From Escherichia coli (lineage in GTDB: Bacteria; Pseudomonadota; Gammaproteobacteria; Enterobacterales; Enterobacteriaceae), in the NCBI RefSeq assembly GCF_044324875.1, contig NZ_CP172185.1: a stretch of 64,000 bases of DNA, one strand, 5' to 3'. Under the pieces are notes generated by a model, which saw only the letters and a program-made list of their open reading frames with translations, searched no databases and was not told the DNA's origin. Of the stretch, positions 11,244-22,294 are shown piece after piece. The first letter of the stretch is position 1. Each line of letters begins with the position of its first letter. The translations under genes and the position numbers were made by a program.

Positions 11244-12179
11244 ATGATGCGTCGTGTAAATATTTTTTGCTCATTTGCTCTACTTTTTGCCAGCCATAAT
11301 AGCCTGGCGGTAACTTATCCATTACCTCCAGAGGGTAGCCGTTTAGTGGGACAATCGCTTACTGTAACTGTTCCTGATCACAATACCCAGCCGCTGGAGA
11401 CTTTTGCCGCACAATACGGGCAAGGGTTAAGTAACATGCTGGAAGCGAATCCGGGCGCTGATGTTTTCTTGCCGAAGTCAGGCTCGCAACTCACCATTCC
11501 GCAGCAACTGATTTTGCCCGCCACTGTTCGTAAAGGGATTGTGGTTAACGTCGCTGAGATGCGTCTTTATTACTACCCACCAGACAGTAATACTGTGGAG
11601 GTTTTTCCTATTGGTATCGGCCAGGCTGGGCGAGAAACCCCGCGTAACTGGGTGACTACCGTTGAACGTAAACAAGAAGCACCAACCTGGACGCCAACGC
11701 CGAACACCCGGCGCGAATATGCGAAACGAGGGGAGAGTTTGCCCGCATTTGTTCCTGCGGGGCCCGATAATCCCATGGGGCTGTACGCGATTTATATTGG
11801 CAGGTTGTATGCCATCCACGGTACCAATGCCAATTTTGGTATTGGGCTCCGGGTAAGTCAGGGCTGTATTCGTCTGCGCAATGACGATATCAAATATCTG
11901 TTTGATAATGTTCCTGTAGGTACTCGTGTGCAACTTATTGATCAGCCAGTGAAATACACAACGGAACCGGATGGTTCAAAGTGGCTGGAAGTTCATGAGC
12001 CGCTGTCGCGCAATCGTGCTGAATATGAGTCTGACCGAAAAGTGCCATTGCCGGTAACCCCATCTTTGCGGGCGTTTATCAACGGGCAAGAAGTTGATGT
12101 GAATCGCGCAAATGCTGCGTTGCAACGTCGATCGGGAATGCCTGTGCAAATTAGTTCTGGTTCAAGACAGATGTTTTAA
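11244..12179 (+). CDS. ldtA: L,D-transpeptidase
   Basis: 311 aa ORF with signal peptide and a YkuD-type L,D-transpeptidase region; position after cobT as for erfK/ldtA in E. coli. Confidence 0.9.
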   Translation: MMRRVNIFCSFALLFASHNSLAVTYPLPPEGSRLVGQSLTVTVPDHNTQPLETFAAQYGQGLSNMLEANPGADVFLPKSGSQLTIPQQLILPATVRKGIVVNVAEMRLYYYPPDSNTVEVFPIGIGQAGRETPRNWVTTVERKQEAPTWTPTPNTRREYAKRGESLPAFVPAGPDNPMGLYAIYIGRLYAIHGTNANFGIGLRVSQGCIRLRNDDIKYLFDNVPVGTRVQLIDQPVKYTTEPDGSKWLEVHEPLSRNRAEYESDRKVPLPVTPSLRAFINGQEVDVNRANAALQRRSGMPVQISSGSRQMF

Positions 12180-12200
12180 GAGCGTTGGTAATTAGAAAGC

Positions 12201-12230
12201 AAAAAGCCTGCTAGAAAGCAGGCTTTTTTG
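12201..12230. terminator. Intrinsic terminator hairpin between ldtA and tRNA-Asn
   Basis: AAAAAGCCTGC-TAGAAA-GCAGGCTTTTTT: perfect stem flanked by an A-run and a T-run, so it could act in both directions. Confidence 0.6.
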
Positions 12231-12234
12231 AATT

Positions 12235-12310
12235 TGGCTCCTCTGACTGGACTCGAACCAGTGACATACGGATTAACAGTCCGCCGTTCTACCGACTGAA
12301 CTACAGAGGA
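12235..12310 (-). tRNA. asnV: tRNA-Asn (anticodon GUU)
   Basis: Reverse complement reads TCCTCTGTAGTTCAGTCGGTAGAACGGCGGACTGTTAATCCG...GGTTCGAGTCCAGTCAGAGGAGCCA, the E. coli tRNA-Asn sequence; gene name assigned by position. Confidence 0.95.
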
Positions 12311-12635
12311 ATCGTGTGAACGGGGCGCATATTAATGGCAGTGCATGGTGATGTCAAAGGGTGAAATGCATTTTTTTGTTTGTTTGCTGTCAATTTCAAC
12401 AAAGTGGTGAGCTTTCAATCTTATTGGTAATGAACCATCGTGGTGCATACCCTCCTTTTATGGGGCAGGGGAACGCGACAGCTGATAAAAAGAGCCAATG
12501 ACGAACCTATCATAATCTCTTATTTGACAGTTGGTTAGCTTGTACATCAACGCCAAAATAAAACTGGCAAGCATCTTGCAATCTGGTTGTAAGTAATGGC
12601 GGCACTTGGGCCGATTCTTATAAACCGGAGGCAAC

Positions 12636-13553
12636 ATGAACTTCAGACGCCTGAAATACTTCGTAAAAATTGTAGATATTGGTAGCCTGACCCAGGCTGC
12701 TGAAGTATTGCATATCGCACAACCAGCGCTCAGTCAGCAGGTTGCCACACTGGAAGGTGAGTTAAATCAACAGCTTTTGATTCGCACAAAACGGGGCGTT
12801 ACGCCAACTGACGCCGGAAAAATTCTCTATACCCATGCGCGGGCCATTTTACGTCAGTGTGAGCAGGCCCAACTGGCGGTGCATAACGTTGGTCAGGCAT
12901 TATCGGGGCAAGTCTCGATTGGCTTTGCGCCAGGAACCGCTGCGTCATCCATCACCATGCCCTTATTACAGGCGGTTCGCGCTGAATTCCCGGAGGTCGT
13001 TATCTATCTTCATGAAAATAGCGGTGCAGTGCTTAACGAAAAACTGATAAATCACCAACTCGATATGGCGGTGATTTATGAGCATTCCCCTGTGGCTGGT
13101 GTATCCAGTCAGGCTTTACTGAAAGAAGATCTTTTTCTGGTAGGAACTCAAGATTGCCCGGGGCAAAGCGTTGATGTTAATGCTATTGCGCAAATGAACC
13201 TCTTTCTCCCCAGTGATTACAGTGCTATTAGACTTCGTGTTGATGAGGCTTTTTCCCTACGGCGACTCACGGCAAAAGTCATTGGTGAAATTGAGTCTAT
13301 TGCCACGCTTACCGCAGCGATTGCCAGCGGCATGGGCGTTGCAGTATTACCCGAATCGGCCGCGCGTTCGTTATGTGGCGCAGTAAATGGGTGGATGTCA
13401 CGCATTACCACTCCTTCCATGAGTCTCTCTTTGTCATTAAATTTACCCGCCAGAGCGAACTTATCGCCACAGGCACAGGCAGTGAAAGAGTTGTTAATGT
13501 CAGTGATGAGTTCTCCAGTGATGGAAAAAAGGCAGTGGCAATTGGTGAGCTAA
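12636..13553 (+). CDS. nac: LysR-family nitrogen assimilation control protein
   Basis: 305 aa ORF with N-terminal LysR HTH (MNFRRLKYFVKIVDIGSLTQAAEVLHIAQPALSQQV...). Confidence 0.9.
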   Translation: MNFRRLKYFVKIVDIGSLTQAAEVLHIAQPALSQQVATLEGELNQQLLIRTKRGVTPTDAGKILYTHARAILRQCEQAQLAVHNVGQALSGQVSIGFAPGTAASSITMPLLQAVRAEFPEVVIYLHENSGAVLNEKLINHQLDMAVIYEHSPVAGVSSQALLKEDLFLVGTQDCPGQSVDVNAIAQMNLFLPSDYSAIRLRVDEAFSLRRLTAKVIGEIESIATLTAAIASGMGVAVLPESAARSLCGAVNGWMSRITTPSMSLSLSLNLPARANLSPQAQAVKELLMSVMSSPVMEKRQWQLVS

Positions 13554-13654
13554 GCGTTATATCGGGATGGAATAAGATGCGGGTTTTTATTATTTGTTAT
13601 GCCGGGCATTAGACTTTAACAATAACGGGATATCTGAACTGCCCGGAGTTTACC

Positions 13655-14605
13655 GTGAATTTCCAACAACTAAAGATAATCCGCGAGGCTGCACGTCAGG
13701 ATTACAACCTGACAGAGGTTGCGAATATGCTTTTTACCTCACAGTCAGGCGTCAGCCGTCACATTCGGGAACTGGAGGATGAACTTGGCATCGAAATATT
13801 TGTTCGACGAGGTAAGCGACTGCTGGGCATGACTGAACCGGGCAAAGCATTACTGGTCATTGCAGAACGCATTCTTAATGAAGCCAGTAATGTTCGTCGG
13901 CTTGCAGACCTGTTTACCAACGATACGTCTGGCGTTCTCACTATTGCAACGACGCATACTCAGGCACGTTATAGCTTGCCTGAGGTCATTAAAGCTTTTC
14001 GCGAACTTTTCCCGGAGGTTCGGCTGGAGCTAATCCAGGGTACGCCACAGGAAATTGCGACGTTGTTGCAAAATGGCGAAGCTGATATTGGTATCGCCAG
14101 CGAGCGTTTGAGTAATGACCCGCAGCTCGTCGCCTTCCCGTGGTTTCGTTGGCACCATAGTTTGCTTGTTCCACTCGATCATCCCTTGACGCAAATTACA
14201 CCGTTGACGCTGGAATCAATAGTGAAGTGGCCGTTAATCACTTACCGACAGGGGATTACGGGGCGCTCACGTATTGATGACGCATTTGCCCGCAAAGGTT
14301 TGCTGGCAGATATTGTATTAAGTGCGCAGGATTCTGATGTCATTAAAACCTATGTTGCTCTTGGGCTGGGGATTGGATTAGTTGCCGAACAATCCAGCGG
14401 CGAACAAGAGGAAGAGAATTTAATCCGTCTGGATACGCGGCATCTTTTCGATGCCAATACTGTATGGTTGGGACTGAAGCGAGGGCAACTTCAACGTAAC
14501 TATGTCTGGCGCTTTCTGGAACTTTGTAATGCAGGACTGTCAGTTGAGGATATCAAGCGCCAGGTGATGGAGAACAGTGAAGAGGAAATTGATTATCAGA
14601 TATAG
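13655..14605 (+). CDS. cbl: LysR-family regulator Cbl
   Basis: 316 aa ORF MNFQQLKIIREAARQDYNLTEVANMLFTSQSGVSRHIRELE...; CysB-like, adjacent to nac as in E. coli. Confidence 0.9.
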   Translation: MNFQQLKIIREAARQDYNLTEVANMLFTSQSGVSRHIRELEDELGIEIFVRRGKRLLGMTEPGKALLVIAERILNEASNVRRLADLFTNDTSGVLTIATTHTQARYSLPEVIKAFRELFPEVRLELIQGTPQEIATLLQNGEADIGIASERLSNDPQLVAFPWFRWHHSLLVPLDHPLTQITPLTLESIVKWPLITYRQGITGRSRIDDAFARKGLLADIVLSAQDSDVIKTYVALGLGIGLVAEQSSGEQEEENLIRLDTRHLFDANTVWLGLKRGQLQRNYVWRFLELCNAGLSVEDIKRQVMENSEEEIDYQI

Positions 14606-14606
14606 C

Positions 14607-14634
14607 AAAAAGCCCGCTATAAAAGCGGGCTTTT
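14607..14634. terminator. Intrinsic terminator hairpin after cbl
   Basis: AAAAAGCCCGC-TATAAA-GCGGGCTTTT immediately after the cbl stop. Confidence 0.6.
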
Positions 14635-14642
14635 CAGAAATT

Positions 14643-14718
14643 TGGCTCCTCTGACTGGACTCGAACCAGTGACATACGGATTAACAGTCCGCCGTTCTAC
14701 CGACTGAACTACAGAGGA
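14643..14718 (-). tRNA. asnU: tRNA-Asn (anticodon GUU)
   Basis: Same 76-nt tRNA-Asn sequence on the minus strand. Confidence 0.95.
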
Positions 14719-14878
14719 ATCGCTGTTGAGGCACATCTTAACGGCGAAAAATCTTTTGTCAAACCCGATTTTTAAATTTCCCAACTGTTTGCCGTTTCTA
14801 TCAACAGTTTGTTGCATTTGCAGACAATTTGTTGGCGAAAATCTTTGCAGCTTTGCTGATTCTCCCTCATTATTTGAA

Positions 14879-16366
14879 ATGTGGTTTCACTTTCTGCAAT
14901 TAAGGTCGGCTTTGAATATCTCCTCTGCTTTACGCCAGGTTGTTCACGGCACTCGCTGGCACGCCAAACGCAAGAGTTACAAAGTGTTGTTCTGGCGCGA
15001 GATAACCCCGCTTGCTGTTCCTATCTTCATGGAGAACGCCTGTGTCCTGTTGATGGGTGTCCTGAGCACTTTTCTGGTCAGCTGGCTGGGAAAAGATGCG
15101 ATGGCCGGCGTGGGATTGGCGGACAGCTTCAATATGGTCATTATGGCATTTTTTGCGGCTATCGATCTTGGTACCACTGTCGTTGTGGCATTTAGTCTCG
15201 GTAAGCGGGATCGACGACGAGCGAGGGTGGCGACGCGGCAGTCATTGGTGATCATGACGTTGTTTGCCGTGCTGTTGGCAACGCTTATTCATCATTTTGG
15301 CGAACAAATTATTGATTTCGTTGCGGGTGATGCCACGACAGAAGTTAAAGCACTGGCGTTGACTTATCTGGAGCTGACGGTACTCAGTTATCCAGCAGCT
15401 GCCATCACTTTGATTGGTAGTGGTGCACTTCGTGGTGCAGGGAATACGAAAATACCGCTACTGATTAACGGTAGCCTGAATATTCTTAATATTATTATTA
15501 GCGGCATATTGATTTACGGCCTTTTCTCCTGGCCGGGACTGGGATTTGTCGGGGCTGGGTTGGGTTTAACCATTTCTCGTTATATTGGCGCAGTGGCAAT
15601 TTTGTGGGTGCTGGCGATTGGTTTTAATCCTGCGCTAAGGATTTCGTTAAAGAGCTATTTTAAACCGCTGAATTTTAGCATTATCTGGGAAGTCATGGGG
15701 ATTGGTATTCCAGCAAGTGTCGAATCAGTATTATTTACCAGTGGTCGGTTATTAACCCAAATGTTCGTTGCCGGGATGGGGACCAGTGTTATTGCCGGAA
15801 ATTTTATCGCGTTTTCAATTGCGGCTCTTATCAACTTACCCGGAAGTGCGCTCGGCTCTGCTTCTACGATCATTACAGGCCGAAGGTTGGGAGTAGGGCA
15901 GATAGCGCAAGCAGAGATTCAGTTGCGGCATGTGTTCTGGCTGTCCACTCTTGGATTAACGGCCATCGCCTGGCTAACGGCTCCCTTTGCCGGGGTTATG
16001 GCATCGTTTTACACCCAGGATCCACAGGTTAAACATGTCGTTGTGATTCTGATTTGGCTAAATGCTTTATTTATGCCTATTTGGTCTGCCTCATGGGTGC
16101 TACCCGCTGGATTTAAGGGTGCTCGCGATGCACGTTACGCCATGTGGGTTTCTATGTTGAGCATGTGGGGTTGCCGGGTTGTAGTCGGTTATGTGCTGGG
16201 AATCATGCTTGGCTGGGGTGTGGTTGGTGTCTGGATGGGAATGTTTGCCGACTGGGCTGTGCGGGCCGTGCTGTTTTACTGGCGAATGGTTACTGGACGT
16301 TGGCTGTGGAAATATCCTCGACCTGAGCCGCAAAAGTGTGAAAAAAAGCCAGTTGTGTCGGAATAA
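14879..16366 (+). CDS. yeeO: MATE-family efflux transporter
   Basis: ORF track frame 14726..16366; start moved to an internal Met to give the roughly 495 aa I recall for YeeO; many transmembrane segments. Confidence 0.85.
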   Translation: MWFHFLQLRSALNISSALRQVVHGTRWHAKRKSYKVLFWREITPLAVPIFMENACVLLMGVLSTFLVSWLGKDAMAGVGLADSFNMVIMAFFAAIDLGTTVVVAFSLGKRDRRRARVATRQSLVIMTLFAVLLATLIHHFGEQIIDFVAGDATTEVKALALTYLELTVLSYPAAAITLIGSGALRGAGNTKIPLLINGSLNILNIIISGILIYGLFSWPGLGFVGAGLGLTISRYIGAVAILWVLAIGFNPALRISLKSYFKPLNFSIIWEVMGIGIPASVESVLFTSGRLLTQMFVAGMGTSVIAGNFIAFSIAALINLPGSALGSASTIITGRRLGVGQIAQAEIQLRHVFWLSTLGLTAIAWLTAPFAGVMASFYTQDPQVKHVVVILIWLNALFMPIWSASWVLPAGFKGARDARYAMWVSMLSMWGCRVVVGYVLGIMLGWGVVGVWMGMFADWAVRAVLFYWRMVTGRWLWKYPRPEPQKCEKKPVVSE

Positions 16367-16466
16367 ACGACAAAGTGCAGATTATTTCAGCAAACGATTT
16401 CAAATTTAAAAAACAGGCTTTGACATTGTGGATGAGCGTCGCTAATATTCGCCTCGTTCTCACGAT

Positions 16467-16542
16467 TCCTCTGTAGTTCAGTCGGTAGAACGGCGGACTG
16501 TTAATCCGTATGTCACTGGTTCGAGTCCAGTCAGAGGAGCCA
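16467..16542 (+). tRNA. asnW: tRNA-Asn (anticodon GUU)
   Basis: Plus-strand TCCTCTGTAGTTCAGTCGGTAGAACGGCGGACTGTTAATCCGTATGTCACTGGTTCGAGTCCAGTCAGAGGAGCCA. Confidence 0.95.
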
Positions 16543-16603
16543 AATTTTAGTTTTGAGACATCTCTATGAGTCTCAAGACAGTTAAAAAATAAAAATTATT
16601 TTT

Positions 16604-16638
16604 ACCCGGTTACCTTGTAAAAAGTGACCGGGTTTTTT
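16604..16638 (+). terminator. Intrinsic terminator after asnW
   Basis: ACCCGGTTACCTTGTAAAAAGTGACCGGGTTTTTT: hairpin plus T-run. Confidence 0.55.
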
Positions 16639-16996
16639 GATTTCTGTGTTTCGTGCGCTTAATCGAGTCTCACGCTTCAGTGAGCAAATTGCCCCTCCCC
16701 AACAGACATCACGATTCGCAAGGTCAAAAACTCTGTTCCATGAAGTACCGTACAAAGACAAAGAGAAAAATGCCTTATGCGGGATGTCGCTATCGCGTCT
16801 TTATCGGGAAACTATGCGTAATTGCCACTTTGCCTTCTGTAATCAGAAAAAGAAGAACTGGAATTTTAATAAATATTATTTCTCTGGGAATGGGGGGTTT
16901 TTATAAGCAATATGACGAGTTGAATATTATATTTTTTATAAGGATTATATGAGATTAAAGAAATCTGCCATAAAGACAGATTTCTTTAAAATATAA

Positions 16997-17713
16997 TTAG
17001 AGATTTGCGACGTTATGATAAACTTTTTGAACATCGTCGTCATCTTCAAGGGCATCAACAAGCCCTTCAAAGATTTCTAAATCTTCTGGGGAAAGCTCAA
17101 CTTCAGATTGAGCAATCATTTCTAATTCTGTTGTTGAGAACTCAGTGATTCCAGCTGCTTTTAGAGCCGCGATTCCTTTATGAAGGTCAGTAGGTTCAGT
17201 ATAAATAACAATATTACCTTCTTCTTCAGTTACATCACGAACATCAACTTCAGCTTCAAGTAAAATTTCAAAAATATGGTCAGGGTCTGTTCCTTTAAAT
17301 ACAATCACACCCGTATTGTCAAACATATAGCTGACAGAGCCTGCCGCTCCGATATTGCCGCCTTTTTTATTGAAAATTGTGCGAACGTTAGCAATCGTAC
17401 GGTTAACATTTGAAGTCAATGTCTCAGCGATAATCATTGAGCCATTAGGACCAAAGCCTTCATAACGGCCCTGCACGAACGTTTCATCTCCGCCGCCTTT
17501 GGCTTTATCAATTGCTTTATCAATAACGTGCTTTGGAACTTGTGCCTGCTTTGCTCGTTCAATAACGAATTTTAAAGATGTGTTTAATTCTGGATCGGGT
17601 TCACCTTGTTTGGCAGCGGCATAGATTTCTACACCGAATTTTGCATAAATTTTAGACGTCGCACCGTCTTTAGCCGTTTTTTTAGCAACAATATTGGCCC
17701 ATTTACGTCCCAC
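16997..17713 (-). CDS. yeeN: YebC/PmpR-family transcriptional regulator
   Basis: 238 aa [30 protein letters not shown]..., the conserved YebC-family N-terminus. Confidence 0.9.
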
Positions 17714-18054
17714 TGGAATGATCTCCTCGAAAATTTATTTACATTACTGGTAAATCGTTAACATGTGTTAATTCGGCATATTATATCATAACAGGAAAAA
17801 TCTCGTCTATTAGAAATAAAAATATTCTAAAGCCATAATATTATATTTAATCTCATAAAAACTAATGTTGTTGGCGGGATTTTTTATAATTGTGTTTTGA
17901 AAGCATACTTGCTTATAATATGTGGAAATCATTAAGGCTATAATAAAACTCGTATCCGCCCCAGGAAGCAAACAGCCTGCTTTATTGCAGGCTATTTGCT
18001 GGATGACTTACTAAATCCTTCACATCTATTCCTGATAAAAAGGAACAGAACTTA

Positions 18055-19509
18055 TTACCGGAACGGCGGCTCATTAAATGTTCGTAATTTACGTGAATGC
18101 AGTCGGTCGCCTTCTGCGCGCAGCAAATCGATCGCCCGAATGCCAATTTGCAGGTGTTCGGAAATAGCGCCTTCATAAAAACGGTTAGCCTGACCGGGAA
18201 GTTTAATCTCACCATGCAACGGTTTATCTGAAACACACAGTAGTGTCCCGTATGGCACGCGGAAACGATATCCTTGCGCGGCAATGGTTGCACTTTCCAT
18301 ATCAATTGCTACGGCCCGGCTTAAGTTAAAACGAAGTGCAGAAGCTGAGTAACGTAATTCCCAGTTCCTGTCATCTGTGGTTACCACAGTGCCAGTACGT
18401 AGCCGCTGTTTAACTTCCTCACCGGGCCTGCCGCTGACTAACTTGGTAGCGTCATAAAGCGCACGTTGCACTTCAGCAATGCTCGGAATAGGAATATCGG
18501 GCGGCAGTACCGCATCAAGAACGTGGTCATCGCGTAAATAAGCGTGTGCAAGTACATAATCTCCAATGGCCTGGCTTTCACGTAAGCCACCACAGTGACC
18601 AATCATCAACCAGACATCCGGGCGTAGCACCGCCAGATGATCGCAGATGGTTTTAGCATTTGACGGTCCCACGCCAATATTCACCAGAGTAATACCCTGA
18701 CCATCGGCGGTAATTAAATGCCATGCTGGCATCTGGTGTTTTTTCCATGCAAGGTCGGAAATGGCTTCTTCTGGCGCTTCGGTTTCGGCGGTGATCCAGT
18801 TCCCGCCAGCACAAGAAAGGGCAATGTAGGGACTATCAGGGTCGAGGATCTGGCTGCATCCCCAACGAACGAATTCATCCACATAACGTGTGTAGTTGGT
18901 AAACAAGACGAACGGCTGAAAATGTTCAACTGGCGTACCGGTATAATGGCGCAACCGCGCGAGGGAAAAATCGACGCGGCGCGCATCAAAATGCGATAGC
19001 GGGGAGAATTCAGTTGGATGATAAATGCCGTCTGCAGTTTCATCGCCAATTTGCGCCAGTTCTGTTGTCGGGAAATAGCGAGTTAACCCAGCGCTCATTG
19101 AGCGATCAAGTGTCAATTCAGAGCCATCGATGACATAAGGATAAGGGATTTCATGCTGCGAGGGTTGCACCGAGATATGCGCACCATAATCCTGATACAG
19201 CAACGTAAGTTGTTCATTGAGATACGAACGAAAGAGAGTAGGGCGAGTAATCGTGGTGGTGTAGCTGCCTGCGTGGGTAAAACGACCAAATGCGCGCGTT
19301 TTGGGGGGATTGGTTGTGCTACCGTCCCAGGTTACGGTCAGTGATGGATAGACAAAAAGACCTTGTTTGCGGGCGTTTTCATCAGGTAATTCGCCACTTG
19401 TAATATATTTGCCAATGGCGTTGCGTAATGCGACTACAGATTGCTCATACAGCGCGTCGAGTTTATCCAGTGCCTGAGCTGGGGTCAGACCGGAGCCCTT
19501 ATTATTCAT
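18055..19509 (-). CDS. amn: AMP nucleosidase
   Basis: ORF track frame 18055..19614; start moved to internal MNNKGSGLTPAQALDKL... giving 484 aa as I recall for Amn. Confidence 0.9.
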   Translation of the reverse strand: MNNKGSGLTPAQALDKLDALYEQSVVALRNAIGKYITSGELPDENARKQGLFVYPSLTVTWDGSTTNPPKTRAFGRFTHAGSYTTTITRPTLFRSYLNEQLTLLYQDYGAHISVQPSQHEIPYPYVIDGSELTLDRSMSAGLTRYFPTTELAQIGDETADGIYHPTEFSPLSHFDARRVDFSLARLRHYTGTPVEHFQPFVLFTNYTRYVDEFVRWGCSQILDPDSPYIALSCAGGNWITAETEAPEEAISDLAWKKHQMPAWHLITADGQGITLVNIGVGPSNAKTICDHLAVLRPDVWLMIGHCGGLRESQAIGDYVLAHAYLRDDHVLDAVLPPDIPIPSIAEVQRALYDATKLVSGRPGEEVKQRLRTGTVVTTDDRNWELRYSASALRFNLSRAVAIDMESATIAAQGYRFRVPYGTLLCVSDKPLHGEIKLPGQANRFYEGAISEHLQIGIRAIDLLRAEGDRLHSRKLRTFNEPPFR

Positions 19510-19610
19510 GTGTGTCTCCTGTTCCATACAATTACCGCACATCCGATAGTATGTCACAGAAATGTGAAACAAAAGTGTAAGGCGAAGATCGGATGATCTT
19601 CGCCAGACTA

Positions 19611-20927
19611 TCAAGCGCGTAGATTATCTTTCATCAACAAAGCGGTCATTGCGGAAATCAGGCATCCAGCCAGCAAATAAATGGCGACGCTATGCCAGTT
19701 CCCGGCAAAGTAAGTGATGAGTGCAGCGGCAATAAAAGGTGTAAATCCACCGCCAACCACACTGGCAACCTGATAACCGACTCCTGCACCACTATAGCGA
19801 TAACTGGCACCAAACATTTCGGTAAACATCGGTTGTTGCACACACACCACCATGTCATGCGCAATGTTTGCCAGCATTATGGAGAAGAAAACTATCCAGA
19901 AAATAGATTGTGTTTCAAGCGCCATAAAGAAAGGAAATGCGCTCAACGTTCCGATTAACGCGCCTGTGATATAAACCCTGCGGCGACCAAAACGATCGGC
20001 AAGCCAGGCAAAACAGGGAATGGTCAGGCAGCTTAATCCACCTACCAGCAAACCAATATTAAGGAAAAGTTCGCGCGGTAACCCCATATTCTGGGTTGAA
20101 TAATTAAGTGCGAAGGCGGTAACGATGTACATCGTCAGCAACTCGCACAGTCGTAGCGCAATAATCTTCAGGAAAGCACCGGGATGTCGTAATAGTGCTT
20201 CGATAACCGGAATGCGTTTTTTCGCGGCCGCTTGATTATGTTGCTGTTGTTCGAATTCCGCGGACTCCTCCATGCCATTACGCACCCACAATGCTCCCAG
20301 TACCAGTACGATGCTAAACAGGAAAGGAATGCGCCAGCCCCAGCTTAAAAACTGTTCGTCAGTCGTCATCATACTGATCAATGAAACCAGTCCAGTTGAA
20401 AGCAGTAAACCTACACCGTAGCCAACTTGTACACCGCTACTGTAAAAGGCTTTTTTATTTTTCGGTGCACTTTCAACGGAAAGTAACGCTGCGCCTCCCC
20501 ATTCGCCGCCGACGGCAAATCCCTGTATGGCACGCAGCGTCACCAGTAAAATGGGGGCCCACCACCCAATGGTCGAGAAGGAAGGAAGAATACCAATCAA
20601 GGCTGTCGCGATGCCCATCATCCAGACGGTCAGCATTAACATGCGCTTACGTCCCAGCCGGTCGCCAAAGTGACCGAAAATGACACCGCCGAGCGGACGG
20701 AAAAGGAATCCGACGCCAAAGGTGGCAAATGCGGCGAGCGTTCCCATAGCCGGGCTTACTTGCGGGAAAAACTCGCGATTAAACACCAGTGCGGCGGTAA
20801 TGCCATAGAGTAAAAAATCATACCAGTCGACGACGGCACCAGCGAAACTGCCTAACGCAGCTCGTCGGGCGCGACTTAACGAAAGCGTCCCTTCATCGGG
20901 ACGAGTGGAGATGAGCGTGGAGTCCAT
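19611..20927 (-). CDS. shiA: Shikimate transporter (MFS)
   Basis: 438 aa ORF with 12 predicted transmembrane segments; size and sequence match ShiA. Confidence 0.9.
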   Translation of the reverse strand: MDSTLISTRPDEGTLSLSRARRAALGSFAGAVVDWYDFLLYGITAALVFNREFFPQVSPAMGTLAAFATFGVGFLFRPLGGVIFGHFGDRLGRKRMLMLTVWMMGIATALIGILPSFSTIGWWAPILLVTLRAIQGFAVGGEWGGAALLSVESAPKNKKAFYSSGVQVGYGVGLLLSTGLVSLISMMTTDEQFLSWGWRIPFLFSIVLVLGALWVRNGMEESAEFEQQQHNQAAAKKRIPVIEALLRHPGAFLKIIALRLCELLTMYIVTAFALNYSTQNMGLPRELFLNIGLLVGGLSCLTIPCFAWLADRFGRRRVYITGALIGTLSAFPFFMALETQSIFWIVFFSIMLANIAHDMVVCVQQPMFTEMFGASYRYSGAGVGYQVASVVGGGFTPFIAAALITYFAGNWHSVAIYLLAGCLISAMTALLMKDNLRA

Positions 20928-21241
20928 AATGATCCTGTTTGTACTGTCTTTTTATAATTAGTATGGAAAAGGTAACTCACATTGCCGTCGATCTATAAAC
21001 GAACCTTATGAGACTACCTCGACAGAGCGCATCTGCAAATGATTTTATGGCTGATTAACGGCAACATGAAAAATTCGCTGGAAGATGAAAGTACAGGAGT
21101 TGCTGGTGTTGTTTAAGGATTAAGCAGAGCACCCACAGGTTCGAGATATGAAACATAAAAGTCCGCATATGCACAAAATGGCACCCTGATGAGTCTGATA
21201 GACTGCATTGCATTATAACCAGTAGGGAGGCGAGGTTAATT

Positions 21242-22294
21242 ATGTTTTTAGCATCATTGTTGAGACGTATTGCATTTAGTTACTACGATTATAAAGCTAA
21301 TAATTTCAATATTGGAAAAACAGAGTTTGTTGTCATCCATATTCCCGATCAAATTGGCGATGCTATGGCCATCTTTCCAGTTATTCGGGCGCTTGAACTG
21401 CATAAAATTAAGCATCTTTTAATTGTTACTTCGACTATTAATTTAGAAGTCTTTAATGCGCTCAAACTTGAACAGACTAAATTAACATTAGTCACAATGA
21501 CTATGCAGGATCACGCAACATTAAAAGAAATAAAAGATTTAGCGAAGAACATAACACAGCAATACGGTACGCCGGATCTTTGTATAGAGGCGATGCGTAA
21601 AAAGAACCTGAAAACAATGTTATTTATCAGTCAGTTGAAAGCAAAAACGAATTTTCAGGTTGTCGGTTTAACCATGAAGTGCTATTCCCCTTTGTGTAAG
21701 ACTGCGTCCCGGATGGATCAGAATCTCCGGGCTCCCGTACCCATGACATGGGCATTTATGATGCGTGAGGCGGGTTTTCCAGCAGTCAGGCCAATATATG
21801 AATTGCCATTAAGCGAGGATGCACTCGATGAGGTGCGCGAGGAAATGCGATCGTTAGGATCTTACATTGCGCTTAATTTAGAAGGTAGCTCGCAGGAGCG
21901 TACATTTTCATTATCGATTGCAGAAAATCTAATAGCAAAAATTCAAAGTGAAACAGATATACCAATAGTGATCGTTCATGGACCCAAAGGGGAAGATAAA
22001 GCCAGGGAACTAGTGAATAGTTATAATAATGTCTACCGTTTATCCTTGTCACCCTCGATTAAACGTTCAGCAGCAATCATAAAAGATGCTTATATCGCAA
22101 TAACACCTGACACCTCAATATTACATATGGCAAGTGCCTATAATACCCCCGTTGTTGCAATTTATGCTGATTACAAAACGCGATGGCCCGCAATGGCCGA
22201 TGTCTCGGAGTCAGTCGTCGTTGGGCAAAAAATTGACAATATAAGTCTGGATGAATTCGCAAAGGCATTAAAAAGTGTTTTGGCGAGAATATGA
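21242..22294 (+). CDS. yeeL: Glycosyltransferase family 9 (heptosyltransferase-like) protein, intact
   Basis: 350 aa uninterrupted ORF between shiA and yeeJ, at the position of the yeeL pseudogene of K-12 (from memory). Confidence 0.7.
   Translation: MFLASLLRRIAFSYYDYKANNFNIGKTEFVVIHIPDQIGDAMAIFPVIRALELHKIKHLLIVTSTINLEVFNALKLEQTKLTLVTMTMQDHATLKEIKDLAKNITQQYGTPDLCIEAMRKKNLKTMLFISQLKAKTNFQVVGLTMKCYSPLCKTASRMDQNLRAPVPMTWAFMMREAGFPAVRPIYELPLSEDALDEVREEMRSLGSYIALNLEGSSQERTFSLSIAENLIAKIQSETDIPIVIVHGPKGEDKARELVNSYNNVYRLSLSPSIKRSAAIIKDAYIAITPDTSILHMASAYNTPVVAIYADYKTRWPAMADVSESVVVGQKIDNISLDEFAKALKSVLARI

Noticed and set aside
14726-14878. Upstream extension of yeeO in the ORF track (546 aa)
   Set aside because: The extension runs into the tRNA-Asn region; the shorter start matches the YeeO length I recall.
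16637-16952. Small ORFs in the AT-rich spacer between asnW and yeeN
   Set aside because: No ribosome-binding sites or recognisable motifs; more likely promoter or terminator DNA.
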